Positions 33,356 to 42,809 are shown, counted from the whole stretch's first letter. The stretch is 54,948 nucleotides of DNA, filler included, from Barthelona sp. PAP020 (GCA_040182905.1; 2 parts of 2 records of this genome joined end to end with filler, not necessarily neighbours in it); one strand, 5' to 3'. Notes: generated by a model from the letters alone, not told the origin. Made by a program: numbers and translations.

Positions 33356-34786
33356 ATGAAAATCTCTTTACTGAATCTGTTTGCACTTTTCCTCATCTCA
33401 ACAACATTGGTTCATGCTTGGACTGGAATTTGCAATGATACTGGTATTCTTGAGACTCAAGATTATCCTGATGATGGTGTTGTTCCCAATTACATTTTAG
33501 CAAAAATTTGTCCTCAATGTCTTTTAACCACTCAAGTCAATGTAACTACACCCGAAAATGCTCCTTTAGATTTGTTTACTCTTCAAGACAATTCTCTTTC
33601 TTTCCAAGAAGTTGAAGGTGTTGTCAAACAAATTGCCAAAGATGTTGTCGCAAATTTATCTCAAGAAAGTCCTGATATGGCTTTTGGTTATGCTGGTTTT
33701 AATGATAAACCTTTCCAAGGTTTTGGTGGGGCTACTTCTTCTGAATATGTTGGAGTTTGTAATTTAACCACTAATACAGCTTCTTGGGATACTTGTATTG
33801 ATGACTTAACAATCAATCTTGATGGTGGTGATCTTTTAGAAGCTCAATTGAGTGCTATGCTTCACCTCGCAAAGAATGCTGAAAGTTTCGGTTATCGTAC
33901 TAGCTCTCGAAGATTTATGATATTGGTTACTGATTCTGGATTCAATGAACCACCAAATGTTAACACAAGTGAACATATTTTCTATCCAAACAATTTGGAC
34001 AATGTTATTGATATCAGTGAAGATTATCCTTATCGTAGTGATGTTGGAACAGCTTTACAAAATGCTGGAATTACTCCAATTTTCTTGGTTAGACCTGGCA
34101 CTCCAAATTGGTCTGATACTGTTTATAAGCCTTTGATTCAACAATGGGGATTTGGTTATGTTTTCAATGTCACTGAAGAATCAACTTCCCAAGAAGTTAT
34201 TGATTTGATATATCCTATCCTTAATCCGGAGGCCGATAAAATTGTCACTTTCGAATTATCTCCTTTGTTGCAATATTTCTTCACTATTACACCAACATTT
34301 TACACTAATGTTTCCTATGGAGAAACTGTAACATTTGAATTGACTTTTAATCCCATCAAATGCTTCTGTCAAAATGAAACAGTCAATATTTATTGGAAAT
34401 GGAATGGAATGACTATTAATTCAACTCAAGTTGATCTTATTCCATGTGATTTCTGCAAATATAAATATTGCATGCCAAAACCAAGACCACCTCCACCTTA
34501 TTGTCCTTGCCCATGTATGCAAATGATGCCAATGATGATGATGCCAATGATGCCTTGTATGCCTTGTATGCCCCCTCATCATCCTCATCCTCATCCTTAT
34601 CCTCATCCTTATCCTCAACCTCAACCTCAACCTCAACCTTACCCTTATCCTCATCCCTACCCTCATCCTTACCCTCAACAACAATATCCTGGAACTTGCG
34701 GATGTCAACAACAGCCTCCTTATCCATATCCTCATCCTTATCCTTATCCAGATTATCCTTGGGAAGAAGATGGCGTTGCAATTTAA
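33356..34786 (+). CDS. Secreted integrin-beta I-like (vWA) domain protein with Cys/Met- and Pro/His/Tyr/Gln-rich tail
   Basis: Signal peptide MKISLLNLFALFLISTTLVHA. Domain motifs: PLDLFTLQDNSLSF (MIDAS DxSxS), FGYAGFNDKP, NLDGGDLLEAQLSAM, GYRTSSRRFMILVTDSGF, EDYP...LQNAGITPIFLV. No TM helix or NPxY tail. Confidence 0.88.
   Translation: MKISLLNLFALFLISTTLVHAWTGICNDTGILETQDYPDDGVVPNYILAKICPQCLLTTQVNVTTPENAPLDLFTLQDNSLSFQEVEGVVKQIAKDVVANLSQESPDMAFGYAGFNDKPFQGFGGATSSEYVGVCNLTTNTASWDTCIDDLTINLDGGDLLEAQLSAMLHLAKNAESFGYRTSSRRFMILVTDSGFNEPPNVNTSEHIFYPNNLDNVIDISEDYPYRSDVGTALQNAGITPIFLVRPGTPNWSDTVYKPLIQQWGFGYVFNVTEESTSQEVIDLIYPILNPEADKIVTFELSPLLQYFFTITPTFYTNVSYGETVTFELTFNPIKCFCQNETVNIYWKWNGMTINSTQVDLIPCDFCKYKYCMPKPRPPPPYCPCPCMQMMPMMMMPMMPCMPCMPPHHPHPHPYPHPYPQPQPQPQPYPYPHPYPHPYPQQQYPGTCGCQQQPPYPYPHPYPYPDYPWEEDGVAI
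34574..34750 (+). repeat. Coding hexamer repeats (CCTCAT/CCTTAT/CCTCAA) encoding PH/PY/PQ dipeptides
   Basis: Seen directly in the sequence. Confidence 0.9.
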
Positions 34787-34910
34787 GAAAGAAAATGTGA
34801 GTAAAATTTTCCTTTTTTGTTTCGTAATTATCTTCAAAAAATTGATCTGACACTGAAATTGTGGTTTATTTGTTGTTAAAAAAAAAAAAGAAAGCATTAG
34901 AATGGTAAAT

Positions 34911-36437
34911 TCAACCATTTATATTAATTTTATGAGAACTAAATGTTTCTTCATAGAATTTTCCACGGGGAACAGAAACCTGAGGGCTCACAACACAATC
35001 TTTCAACACACAATCAGAATTTCCTTCCAAACCAATAATGGCCGCATCACATAAAATTGTGTTATCTAAAATAATGTTATCACTTATTTGAGAACCTTCC
35101 ATAATAATGCAATTGGTTATTGTGACATGATTTCCAATGGTGACATTTTTACCAATCAAAGAATTTTGAATTTTTACGTTTTCACCCATTATTACAGACT
35201 CATCACATACTGATGTAATTCTTTCAAAAGGATGTTGTGTAAATACCTCTTTTTTGGATGAATCAATGGACATGCCCCTGTGAATCGGAACAATGTGATT
35301 CAACACTTCACTTTCTATCAATAATAGGCACAAATCTTTGTATTGCAAAACATTATGAAAAGTTTGTAAAAAGGGGTATCGGTGTGTCAACTGATAAACA
35401 ACATCAACAACTTTTCTTTTTGGTTTCTTTTTTTTTCGCCTGTTTCTTTTTTTTGAAGAAGATTGATCATCAATTTGTTCATTGGATTCATCCTCTTCCG
35501 GTTCAAAATCTTCATAAATTTTTTCCGATTTCCACACACAATCGGAATTATTCACAACCAATAACCTTGAAGTTTTGCTAAATCTTGGCCTGATCAAGTC
35601 TGGGGCCAATTCATTCAATTGAGTAGTATTCATAAATTGACAGTTGATTATTAATGGCACCAATTGAGAACAAATAGAACTCATAATGTTGTTAGTAGTG
35701 GTTAAATAGTACACAACATCATAATTGAATATGTATATGTTACAATCTAATAAGTCATATCTGACCTGAATATTATTAAAAGTATCAAGAATGCTACCTG
35801 CAATATTCATATCTTTTAATGGGAGATTGCTGATGGTCTCACGAGGAGGAAGATATTGTCTGGCAGAATTAATAAAAGCTATTCTATTTGAACGAGAATC
35901 AATGCCAACAACAGATGCAAAATCATGGTCTAAACCTTTGACAGGATCTTCAACAAAGGTTTCCAAAACATCACTCGCCATACAACATAATAAATCAGGT
36001 TTGGTCGTAATATAAGACTCAAAAACAGGTCTTAAATTTACAGATCCAATTGTGTTGGTTGGTAATAGCATGAAATCTTTACATACAATATTTTCTTTAA
36101 TCAAATATTTTAAGATATCTATTGAGGAAGTATCTATGGAAAAACTGTAAAGTTTCACATTAATAGATCCCTTATATGTTTCATTTAAATAATTTTGAAC
36201 TTGAGTATGAAAATTTTGGGGAATAATCATGATAATATTGATAATTTCATTATTTTCCAACCAATTTAATTGATAATCCAACACATTAAGATTTGATAAT
36301 GGCAATAATGATGATGGTTTTTCGATAATTAATGATTTAAAATCATTATATTCAATAAATGATGAATCTATTAATATCACCTCAAAAAGATCGTCTAACA
36401 TTCTTACTAATGTCAAATCTTCTAATGATTTGTTCAT
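34911..36437 (-). CDS. EIF2B3: Translation initiation factor eIF2B gamma subunit-like
   Basis: Degenerate NTP-transferase N-domain (KPSSLLPLSNLNVLDYQLNWLE; DLLDCNIYIF) plus a C-terminal left-handed beta-helix (SLIGKNVTIGNHVTITNCIIM). There is no W2/HEAT domain, which favours gamma over epsilon. Confidence 0.8.
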   Translation of the reverse strand: MNKSLEDLTLVRMLDDLFEVILIDSSFIEYNDFKSLIIEKPSSLLPLSNLNVLDYQLNWLENNEIINIIMIIPQNFHTQVQNYLNETYKGSINVKLYSFSIDTSSIDILKYLIKENIVCKDFMLLPTNTIGSVNLRPVFESYITTKPDLLCCMASDVLETFVEDPVKGLDHDFASVVGIDSRSNRIAFINSARQYLPPRETISNLPLKDMNIAGSILDTFNNIQVRYDLLDCNIYIFNYDVVYYLTTTNNIMSSICSQLVPLIINCQFMNTTQLNELAPDLIRPRFSKTSRLLVVNNSDCVWKSEKIYEDFEPEEDESNEQIDDQSSSKKRNRRKKKKPKRKVVDVVYQLTHRYPFLQTFHNVLQYKDLCLLLIESEVLNHIVPIHRGMSIDSSKKEVFTQHPFERITSVCDESVIMGENVKIQNSLIGKNVTIGNHVTITNCIIMEGSQISDNIILDNTILCDAAIIGLEGNSDCVLKDCVVSPQVSVPRGKFYEETFSSHKINING

Positions 36438-36511
36438 TTTTAAGTTCTTTTAAGGAAATGATAGGAAATTGGTTTTTTTTTTGTTGCATTTTTTTTTTCT
36501 GTTGTTTTAAC

Positions 36512-37981
36512 ATGACCACCCCTTACTCCAATTTGAACGATGAAGATTCAAAGGATGAAATTTTGTCTTCCAAAAGCAATCAAATTGACGAAATTACATT
36601 TGTTAAACAATTAGATAGCATGATTGATAATGAAATTGTAATTGGATTAAATACATTATATTTATATAATTTACCTGCAAAAGAATTCAATAGATTTGTT
36701 ATTCGTCATTCAATTATTCCAAAATTGCTTACTCATCTCACTTCGAAAAAGATTGACATACTTATTGCCACCCTTCGAGTTGTTGCTAAAATTATTAGTC
36801 TTTCAAAACCTTTAGCTCAATTTTTTCTAAAATCAAATTTGTTGATATCAGTAGAAAGAATTTTTTCCAAAAATATCGAAGAGATATCTGCTCAAAATAG
36901 TGATGAGATTAAAGACAGTATTCAGATTTTGAATGCATTGGTACCAATTATCAGGATTTTGAGCGATTTTGAGAAAGAGAAAATAATTAATTTGATAAGT
37001 GAGCCCTGTCAACAAATTTTGTCTTCAAATTATTCAATTGATATTATTTCTCCATTCATCAGTTTAACATATTTGGCATATTCAACTAAGTTATATGATT
37101 TTGAATTCAACGATGAAATTCTTCAGGGTTATTTCAATGATGAAAACATTGATTCAATTACAAAAACCTATCTTTCAATATTGTTAATAGCTAATTTTAA
37201 TATTGAAGATGAATCTGTCATTGAATGGTTAAAAACCGTTATTCTCTTTGATTTTAAAGAATCAAAAGATGAAATTGAAAACACCTTTTTATTTCAAATG
37301 TTAGAATGTTTCTTTATATCAATAGAATTTTTCATAAAGGATGATAACATTGAAATAGACAAAGATTTGGTTAATTCAGTTTTAAACACTCTTTCTATTA
37401 TTGATGATATTGAAAACTCTGATCTACAAGCTCAAATTTCTTATTATTTTGAAAAAATTGCTGATTTTTTAGCAAAATGTTTGGAAAAAAATATTGTTGA
37501 AAGTTTTGTAATTTTGGAAAAATTATTTGAAACTTTTAACACTGAAATTTCAAAAGAATTTGAAGATCTTTTGTGCAATTGTGTTTTTGAACTTGAAGAA
37601 ATCCCTTCCGAAGTTAATGATTGGTTGATCAGTATCTTATCATCAAATAAAGATATATTTATCTATCCTGTCCTTCCTATTCTTGAATTTAGTGAGAAAG
37701 AAGAAGTTTTGTTGGCCATTTTTGAAAAAATGCTGAAACTTATTGTTATCGACATTGATTGTGAACAACTGGGAGTAATATTAGTCACCATTTATAATTT
37801 CTGTGAAAATCAAGATGTTTCTGAAGACTTGATTGGTATCATTGGCAAATATATTTTGACTAAAAAAAGTATCATTGATAAAGGTATTATTAAATTAGAA
37901 AAGGCAAATAATGAGCTTAAAGAAGAAGTTGAAGGCAATTATGAACCTTTTATCGGATTTTTAAAAGACAATATGGCTTGA
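36512..37981 (+). CDS. Acidic ARM/HEAT-like protein
   Basis: Likely start MTTPYS at 36512; the upstream part of the track ORF overlaps eIF2B and T-rich spacer. IIPKLLTHLTSKKIDILIATLRVVAKI is an ARM-like repeat. Confidence 0.7.
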   Translation: MTTPYSNLNDEDSKDEILSSKSNQIDEITFVKQLDSMIDNEIVIGLNTLYLYNLPAKEFNRFVIRHSIIPKLLTHLTSKKIDILIATLRVVAKIISLSKPLAQFFLKSNLLISVERIFSKNIEEISAQNSDEIKDSIQILNALVPIIRILSDFEKEKIINLISEPCQQILSSNYSIDIISPFISLTYLAYSTKLYDFEFNDEILQGYFNDENIDSITKTYLSILLIANFNIEDESVIEWLKTVILFDFKESKDEIENTFLFQMLECFFISIEFFIKDDNIEIDKDLVNSVLNTLSIIDDIENSDLQAQISYYFEKIADFLAKCLEKNIVESFVILEKLFETFNTEISKEFEDLLCNCVFELEEIPSEVNDWLISILSSNKDIFIYPVLPILEFSEKEEVLLAIFEKMLKLIVIDIDCEQLGVILVTIYNFCENQDVSEDLIGIIGKYILTKKSIIDKGIIKLEKANNELKEEVEGNYEPFIGFLKDNMA

Positions 37982-38037
37982 TCACAAAAAAAAAAACTGA
38001 TTAGCTATGTTTATAAATTTGTTTTATTTATTTTATT

Positions 38038-38418
38038 CTATTCTAAATCAGATTCAAAATCAGATTCGTCATATTCAGGTTCTTTTTCAATGACAGGTTG
38101 AGTTTTTTTAGAAACAGTTTTCTTTTTTGAAGCGGGAGTTTTTGAAGATGTTCTTTCTCTTTCAGGGACAACAGTCTTCAAGAAATCAAAAGTTTCATTT
38201 GAATGAACAACATTGGACAAATGATTATAATCCAAAGTTTTTCTTTTTGATTTGGCGCATTCATCAAAAGATTCCTTTGCTAAATGTTCAATAAACATAC
38301 GTGTTGCCTTTTCAATCAAAACAACAGATGAATTTGAAACAATAGAGATATCAGGATTTCTTTTGATGATTCTCTTGATTGCTGCCTTTGGGAATGACTT
38401 TTCAACATTACCAGACAT
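38038..38418 (-). CDS. H2A-like histone-fold protein, CHRAC1/POLE4(Dpb3)/NF-YC family
   Basis: FPKAAIKRIIKRNPDISIVS...KATRMFIEHLA...RKTLDYNHLSNVV..ETFDFLKTVVP. Confidence 0.88.
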   Translation of the reverse strand: MSGNVEKSFPKAAIKRIIKRNPDISIVSNSSVVLIEKATRMFIEHLAKESFDECAKSKRKTLDYNHLSNVVHSNETFDFLKTVVPERERTSSKTPASKKKTVSKKTQPVIEKEPEYDESDFESDLE

Positions 38419-38493
38419 TATATTGACAAACTTAATGAAAATAAATGTGTAAGATTTTTGTGGAATTTCCCATTTTTTTAATCTTTTTTCAAT

Positions 38494-39031
38494 ATGTTAA
38501 CAACTTTAATTGCTTCCACCTGTCCTCCATTGGGACATTTTTGTGGATTTATGGGTTTAGCCTGCGCCGTTGTATTAGCTTGTGTTGGTTGTGCTTATGG
38601 TACCGCTAAAGCTTCTGTTGGTGCTTCTACTGCTGGTGTAACTGATCATAGTGGTTCTCAAGTCAAGTTACTTTTCCCTGTTATTATGGCTGGTATTGTT
38701 GGGTATGTGAAACAATTAATTCTTTCTAATTTTTAGTATTTATGGTTTAGTCACAGGTTTAATCATGCAATCGAAAGTTACATATGATAATTATCCCTTA
38801 TTTAACGGTTTTGCTCATTTAAGTGCTGGTTTAACTGAAGGTTTGGTTTCTTTAGCCACTGGTATGTGTATTGGTATTGCTGGTAATGCTGGTGTTTGTG
38901 CTATGGCTCAACAAGAAAAAATGTTCTTCTCTATGATGCTCAGTTTGATTTTTGCCGAAGCCGTTGGTTTGTTTGGTTTTATTACCTCTGTTTTGCTTTT
39001 ATTCAAGACTGGTGAACGTGCTTGTACGTAA
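38494..39031 (+). CDS. ATP6V0C: V-type H+-ATPase 16-kDa proteolipid subunit c (or c'), two exons (38494-38702, 38737-39031)
   Basis: FCGFMG...GCAYGTAKAS, spliced PVIMAGIVG|IYGLV, and the TM4 LIFAEAVGLFG with the essential Glu. Confidence 0.95.
38703..38736 (+). other. Spliceosomal intron, 34 nt, phase 2
   Basis: GTATGT...TCTAATTTTTAG; removal restores the conserved MAGIxxIYGLV. Confidence 0.93.
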
Positions 39032-39130
39032 AAATTGATAATTATGTTGTTCTTTCATCAATAAAATGCCATATTTCAATTTTTTTTTCAGTTTTTTTTT
39101 TTTTGCATATTTCATTTTGTATTTGATGAC

Positions 39131-40384
39131 ATGAAGAAAAACAAAGCTTTTTCTCTATATTTGGTTGCGATTTTTATCGGATTATTTTCAATGAGTATAA
39201 TGCTGATTCATTTTAATTCTTCAAATGCCAAAGAACATAATTTTTTTGAAAACAATAATACAGAAGGATGTACAACTGATGAAAAACAAAAATCCGATGT
39301 TGATATTAATCCTGAGCCTATTGAAGTTGCAAAAGACCCAATAGATGAAGAACGCATATACAGAGCAGATATTGATATTTATGAATCTGCAATCCTTATT
39401 CAAAAATCATTATACACAAAAGAATTTATGAAAACTGATATAACGAAATGTGATGATGGAAAAGTTAAGTTTGATCCAAAACAAAGAGAATTGATAGATC
39501 CTAATCATTCAAGTAATTCTGAATTAAAACCAATCCCTGTGATTGGGTTTCCTTCAATTATCAATCCATATTTTATTGAAAGAGCGGTTTATTCGATTGA
39601 TTATCCTGTTAAAAAATTATTTGTTGCATGGAATGGAGATTATGAAGCTTTAAGATGTGCAATGCGAAGAATTAAAAAAAATCTTGGAGATCTGATTGAA
39701 ATTCAACAGTATACTGAAAATTTAGGAGTTTCTGGTGCATGGCAGGAGATTGCAATGGTTGACGAAATGTCTGAATATTTTATTATTTCAAATGATGATG
39801 TAAAGTTTATTCCAGGCACTTTAAAGAATTTAGCTAGACACATGGAAAATCTGAGAAATAAAGATGGCACAATGCCAAAATTCATGTTTGGTTCAACAGC
39901 TCAAACAAAGAATCATCCAATGTTTGAGAGTTTTTTGTTAACACGTTCAGCCTATCACAGATTAGGCTCTTTTGATGAAAACTTTTTTCCAATGTATGCT
40001 GAAGATAATGACTATGATTACAGAGTAAAATTGGCTAAAGATGTTAAATTGGAGCAATTGAGTTTGTACAAAATTCATCATGGTTGGGATGAAGCCAAGG
40101 ATTATTTAAGTGGGACAAGATTTGCACATAAAGGTGCTTTACCCCGAGGTTTAAGTGTTCAAATTGAACGATCTTTACCTTGTGAGACATATCTTTATCA
40201 GAAATGGGGACGTGGGTTCAATTACAGGAGTCCTTTCAATAAACCTGATTTGGATATTGGTTATTGGAGTTATAAATGGGACCGTTATTACTATGTTAGA
40301 TCTGGAATGCACAGAGCAAATTCAAATTATTACAAACTTGAAAAACTGTATTCTTCTCCAGATTTCAGATATAAAAGAAATTGA
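39131..40384 (+). CDS. Type II membrane GT-A fold glycosyltransferase (GT2-like / LPG1-GT40-like)
   Basis: N-terminal TM and stem, then SIDYPV, NLGVSGAW, IISNDDVKF (DxD-type) and GSFDENFFPMYAEDNDYDYRV. Confidence 0.82.
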   Translation: MKKNKAFSLYLVAIFIGLFSMSIMLIHFNSSNAKEHNFFENNNTEGCTTDEKQKSDVDINPEPIEVAKDPIDEERIYRADIDIYESAILIQKSLYTKEFMKTDITKCDDGKVKFDPKQRELIDPNHSSNSELKPIPVIGFPSIINPYFIERAVYSIDYPVKKLFVAWNGDYEALRCAMRRIKKNLGDLIEIQQYTENLGVSGAWQEIAMVDEMSEYFIISNDDVKFIPGTLKNLARHMENLRNKDGTMPKFMFGSTAQTKNHPMFESFLLTRSAYHRLGSFDENFFPMYAEDNDYDYRVKLAKDVKLEQLSLYKIHHGWDEAKDYLSGTRFAHKGALPRGLSVQIERSLPCETYLYQKWGRGFNYRSPFNKPDLDIGYWSYKWDRYYYVRSGMHRANSNYYKLEKLYSSPDFRYKRN

Positions 40385-40569
40385 ATAGATATTTTTTTCT
40401 TTTTCAAGTATTTTTTAGATCAAAAAATATTCCACATACTTTTGATTGAAGATATATTAAAACAACATTAATTTCATTGAAGATATTAGAAACTAAATAA
40501 ATTTGTGAGAAAACAAATTTTTAAATAAAATAAATAAATAATAATTAATAATTTTGATATTTATTTCCA

Positions 40570-40814
40570 AGCCAAGAAGCACTGTGCGTATGAGTGAATA
40601 AGAAAGAATAGTGTTTATTTGGTTAAAGGCTTTCGAGGCCCGATTGATCTGTTGAAAAACTTTAGATTTTCTAAGGTAAAGTTCAAACTTTAAAATTTTG
40701 CTTTTGCAAAAATACAAAAAAATAGGAATGACGAATTTCTCCGAAATTCTCCTACTTGATCGTTCAAATTACATTTCAGTCCCTCAATTCCCCTCCTGGG
40801 ATTTTGACTGAAAT
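40570..40814 (+). ncRNA. Candidate multi-hairpin structured RNA (unidentified)
   Basis: Six consecutive or nested stems tile ~245 nt between convergent genes (see findings). Confidence 0.35.
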
Positions 40815-41129
40815 TTGCTAGAATGAGTTTTCTGAGTTTACTTTCTTTGTAAATAAATATAGTTGTTTCACAACTGGACCAATTGATTGATGAAACTTTG
40901 AATTCTTCACAAGTGAAACTTCAAACCTCAAAAATTTGTATCAAGTTAATACAATATAAAAAAAATGAAGACAATTTTTCCCAACTTTTCATACTTTGTC
41001 ACAATCAAATTTCATTTCCATCCTTTCTTTCTTTTAGACACAAATATATGCACACAGTTCTTTTCAATCAAAACATTAAAAAAAAATATCCGAATTTTAT
41101 TCAACTTTTCCATTTTGGGAAAGTTTGTC

Positions 41130-42809
41130 TTATTTTTTGCTTTTTAACTTCTCCAAAAGCTTACCTTCTCTTTTTTCAACCTCTAAACTGCTCATATTAT
41201 GTTTCATCATCTTATCAAATGTCCTTCTGTTTTTGGAAATCTTCATTTCTCTCTCTCTTCTTTCTGCTTCAGCAGCATCCTTAACTTCTTTTTCAATGAT
41301 TTTCTTTTCTTTTTTGATGGCTTTCTTGATGGCTTTTTCGCGATTTTCTTCAGTATCTAACATAGTATTCTCTCTATATTCATGATCAAACTTAGGTTCT
41401 TTCATCTCCAAAGGTTTTGGTTTGAAACATTGGGCTCTTAAACCTTGTCTAGTTGACTCAATATGGTTAATAAACTCTCTCATTTTTTCTTTTTCTTCAC
41501 AATCAGGTAACATTTCAAAAATTTGTTTTGTCATTTGTGGGAAAGCTGCATTCATCTTAAAATTCATAATATAGGGGAAAACAGTTTTTAACAAATTCTG
41601 ACAGACTATTGTTTCCAGATTATCTACTTTTTTTGGTGCCACATATAACCATTTTAAATTTAATTTTGAACCATTGTTTTCAACATTATTCAAGTTGAAG
41701 TTTTTTGGCCTCAAAATTCGAAAAACTCGGTTTGTTGCAAAAATTATTTCAGGAGAATACTTTTTTTGACTAATACATGCACGAACAAATAAACCAATAG
41801 CAAAGACATACCTGGAAAAATCTCGCGTCGTTTTTGGAATAAACTCATATAAATATTTAGACAACATTAATAAAATAGGAGTAATAATAGGGTGCTTTAG
41901 ATCAGTAACTGGAAAGATTGAAAATAAAAAGTTAAAAAACAACAAAGGATAAGCAGAAAAAACAGTCTTTGCTTCAATTTTCCTTAACCTTTTTAAAGTC
42001 AAATTAAAAGCGGTACGAGGTAATGCTGCGACAAATTTAAATATCACTGGAGTTATTCTAGCAACCTTTTCCATACGTACTTTAATTTCACTCAATTCAT
42101 CCTTTGAAGGTAATAGTAAGGTATCAATTCTTTGAAATAATATATCTAGCAACTCTTTTGATTGTTCTAATTCTTTCTTTCCAATACGTGGATCTGTTAA
42201 AATAAATAATTGTTCCATATGTTCTTCTTCTTCAAAATAATTCATCAAATCACATTTTGAGTTCAACTCTTCCAATGTTGAAGGTACTTCAATATGTTTC
42301 ATATCAAAATATTGCCTTTCTGAATTTTCTTCATCCACTTCACTTTCAACTTCGTCTTCACTTTGTCCCAACTCAAATTCACTGTTAAAATCATCACTAA
42401 AATGATCTTCTTCATTGCTTTCTTCATCTTCACTATCTTGAACATTCATTTCTTCTTCTTCTTCTTCTTCAATTTCATCATCAACATGTTCTAAACGTTT
42501 TTGTTCTTCATTTGCAAGTCTCAAAAGATTGTCTCGTTCTAACTTTGCTTTTTCCTGTTCTGTTAAAGACCTATAAGTTGACAAAGCCTTGGATTCTTGA
42601 GATAATCCATTTGCCAATTCAACGAAATCATCATATTCTTCAACATTATTTCTTTTTAAAGGTATATCTTTTAAATTATTGTCTTTGAGAAGAGAACTCA
42701 ATTCTCCAAAATTATTGTCAATTTTCAATCTTAAATCATCAAGTTCACCCTTTTCTTTTCGCTTTTCAACCTTTTTAAGTTTAAACTCTTTGTATTTGCC
42801 TTTGTTCAT
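41130..42809 (-). CDS. NOP14: Nucleolar protein Nop14 (SSU processome), apparently short at the N-terminus
   Basis: YDDFVELA, RSLTEQEKAKLERDNLLRL, IFPVTDLKHPIITP, KKYSPE and KPKPLEMKEPKFD, plus a basic coiled C-terminus. Confidence 0.85.
   Translation of the reverse strand: MNKGKYKEFKLKKVEKRKEKGELDDLRLKIDNNFGELSSLLKDNNLKDIPLKRNNVEEYDDFVELANGLSQESKALSTYRSLTEQEKAKLERDNLLRLANEEQKRLEHVDDEIEEEEEEEMNVQDSEDEESNEEDHFSDDFNSEFELGQSEDEVESEVDEENSERQYFDMKHIEVPSTLEELNSKCDLMNYFEEEEHMEQLFILTDPRIGKKELEQSKELLDILFQRIDTLLLPSKDELSEIKVRMEKVARITPVIFKFVAALPRTAFNLTLKRLRKIEAKTVFSAYPLLFFNFLFSIFPVTDLKHPIITPILLMLSKYLYEFIPKTTRDFSRYVFAIGLFVRACISQKKYSPEIIFATNRVFRILRPKNFNLNNVENNGSKLNLKWLYVAPKKVDNLETIVCQNLLKTVFPYIMNFKMNAAFPQMTKQIFEMLPDCEEKEKMREFINHIESTRQGLRAQCFKPKPLEMKEPKFDHEYRENTMLDTEENREKAIKKAIKKEKKIIEKEVKDAAEAERREREMKISKNRRTFDKMMKHNMSSLEVEKREGKLLEKLKSKK

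Noticed and set aside
34421..34918. Antisense and alternate-frame ORFs with RIRMRV, DKDE and poly-Ser repeats
   Set aside because: They are shadows of the hexamer repeats in the integrin-beta-like CDS.
40584..40590. GTGCG as a group II intron 5' end
   Set aside because: No domain V/VI was found downstream in this block, and there is no interrupted host gene.
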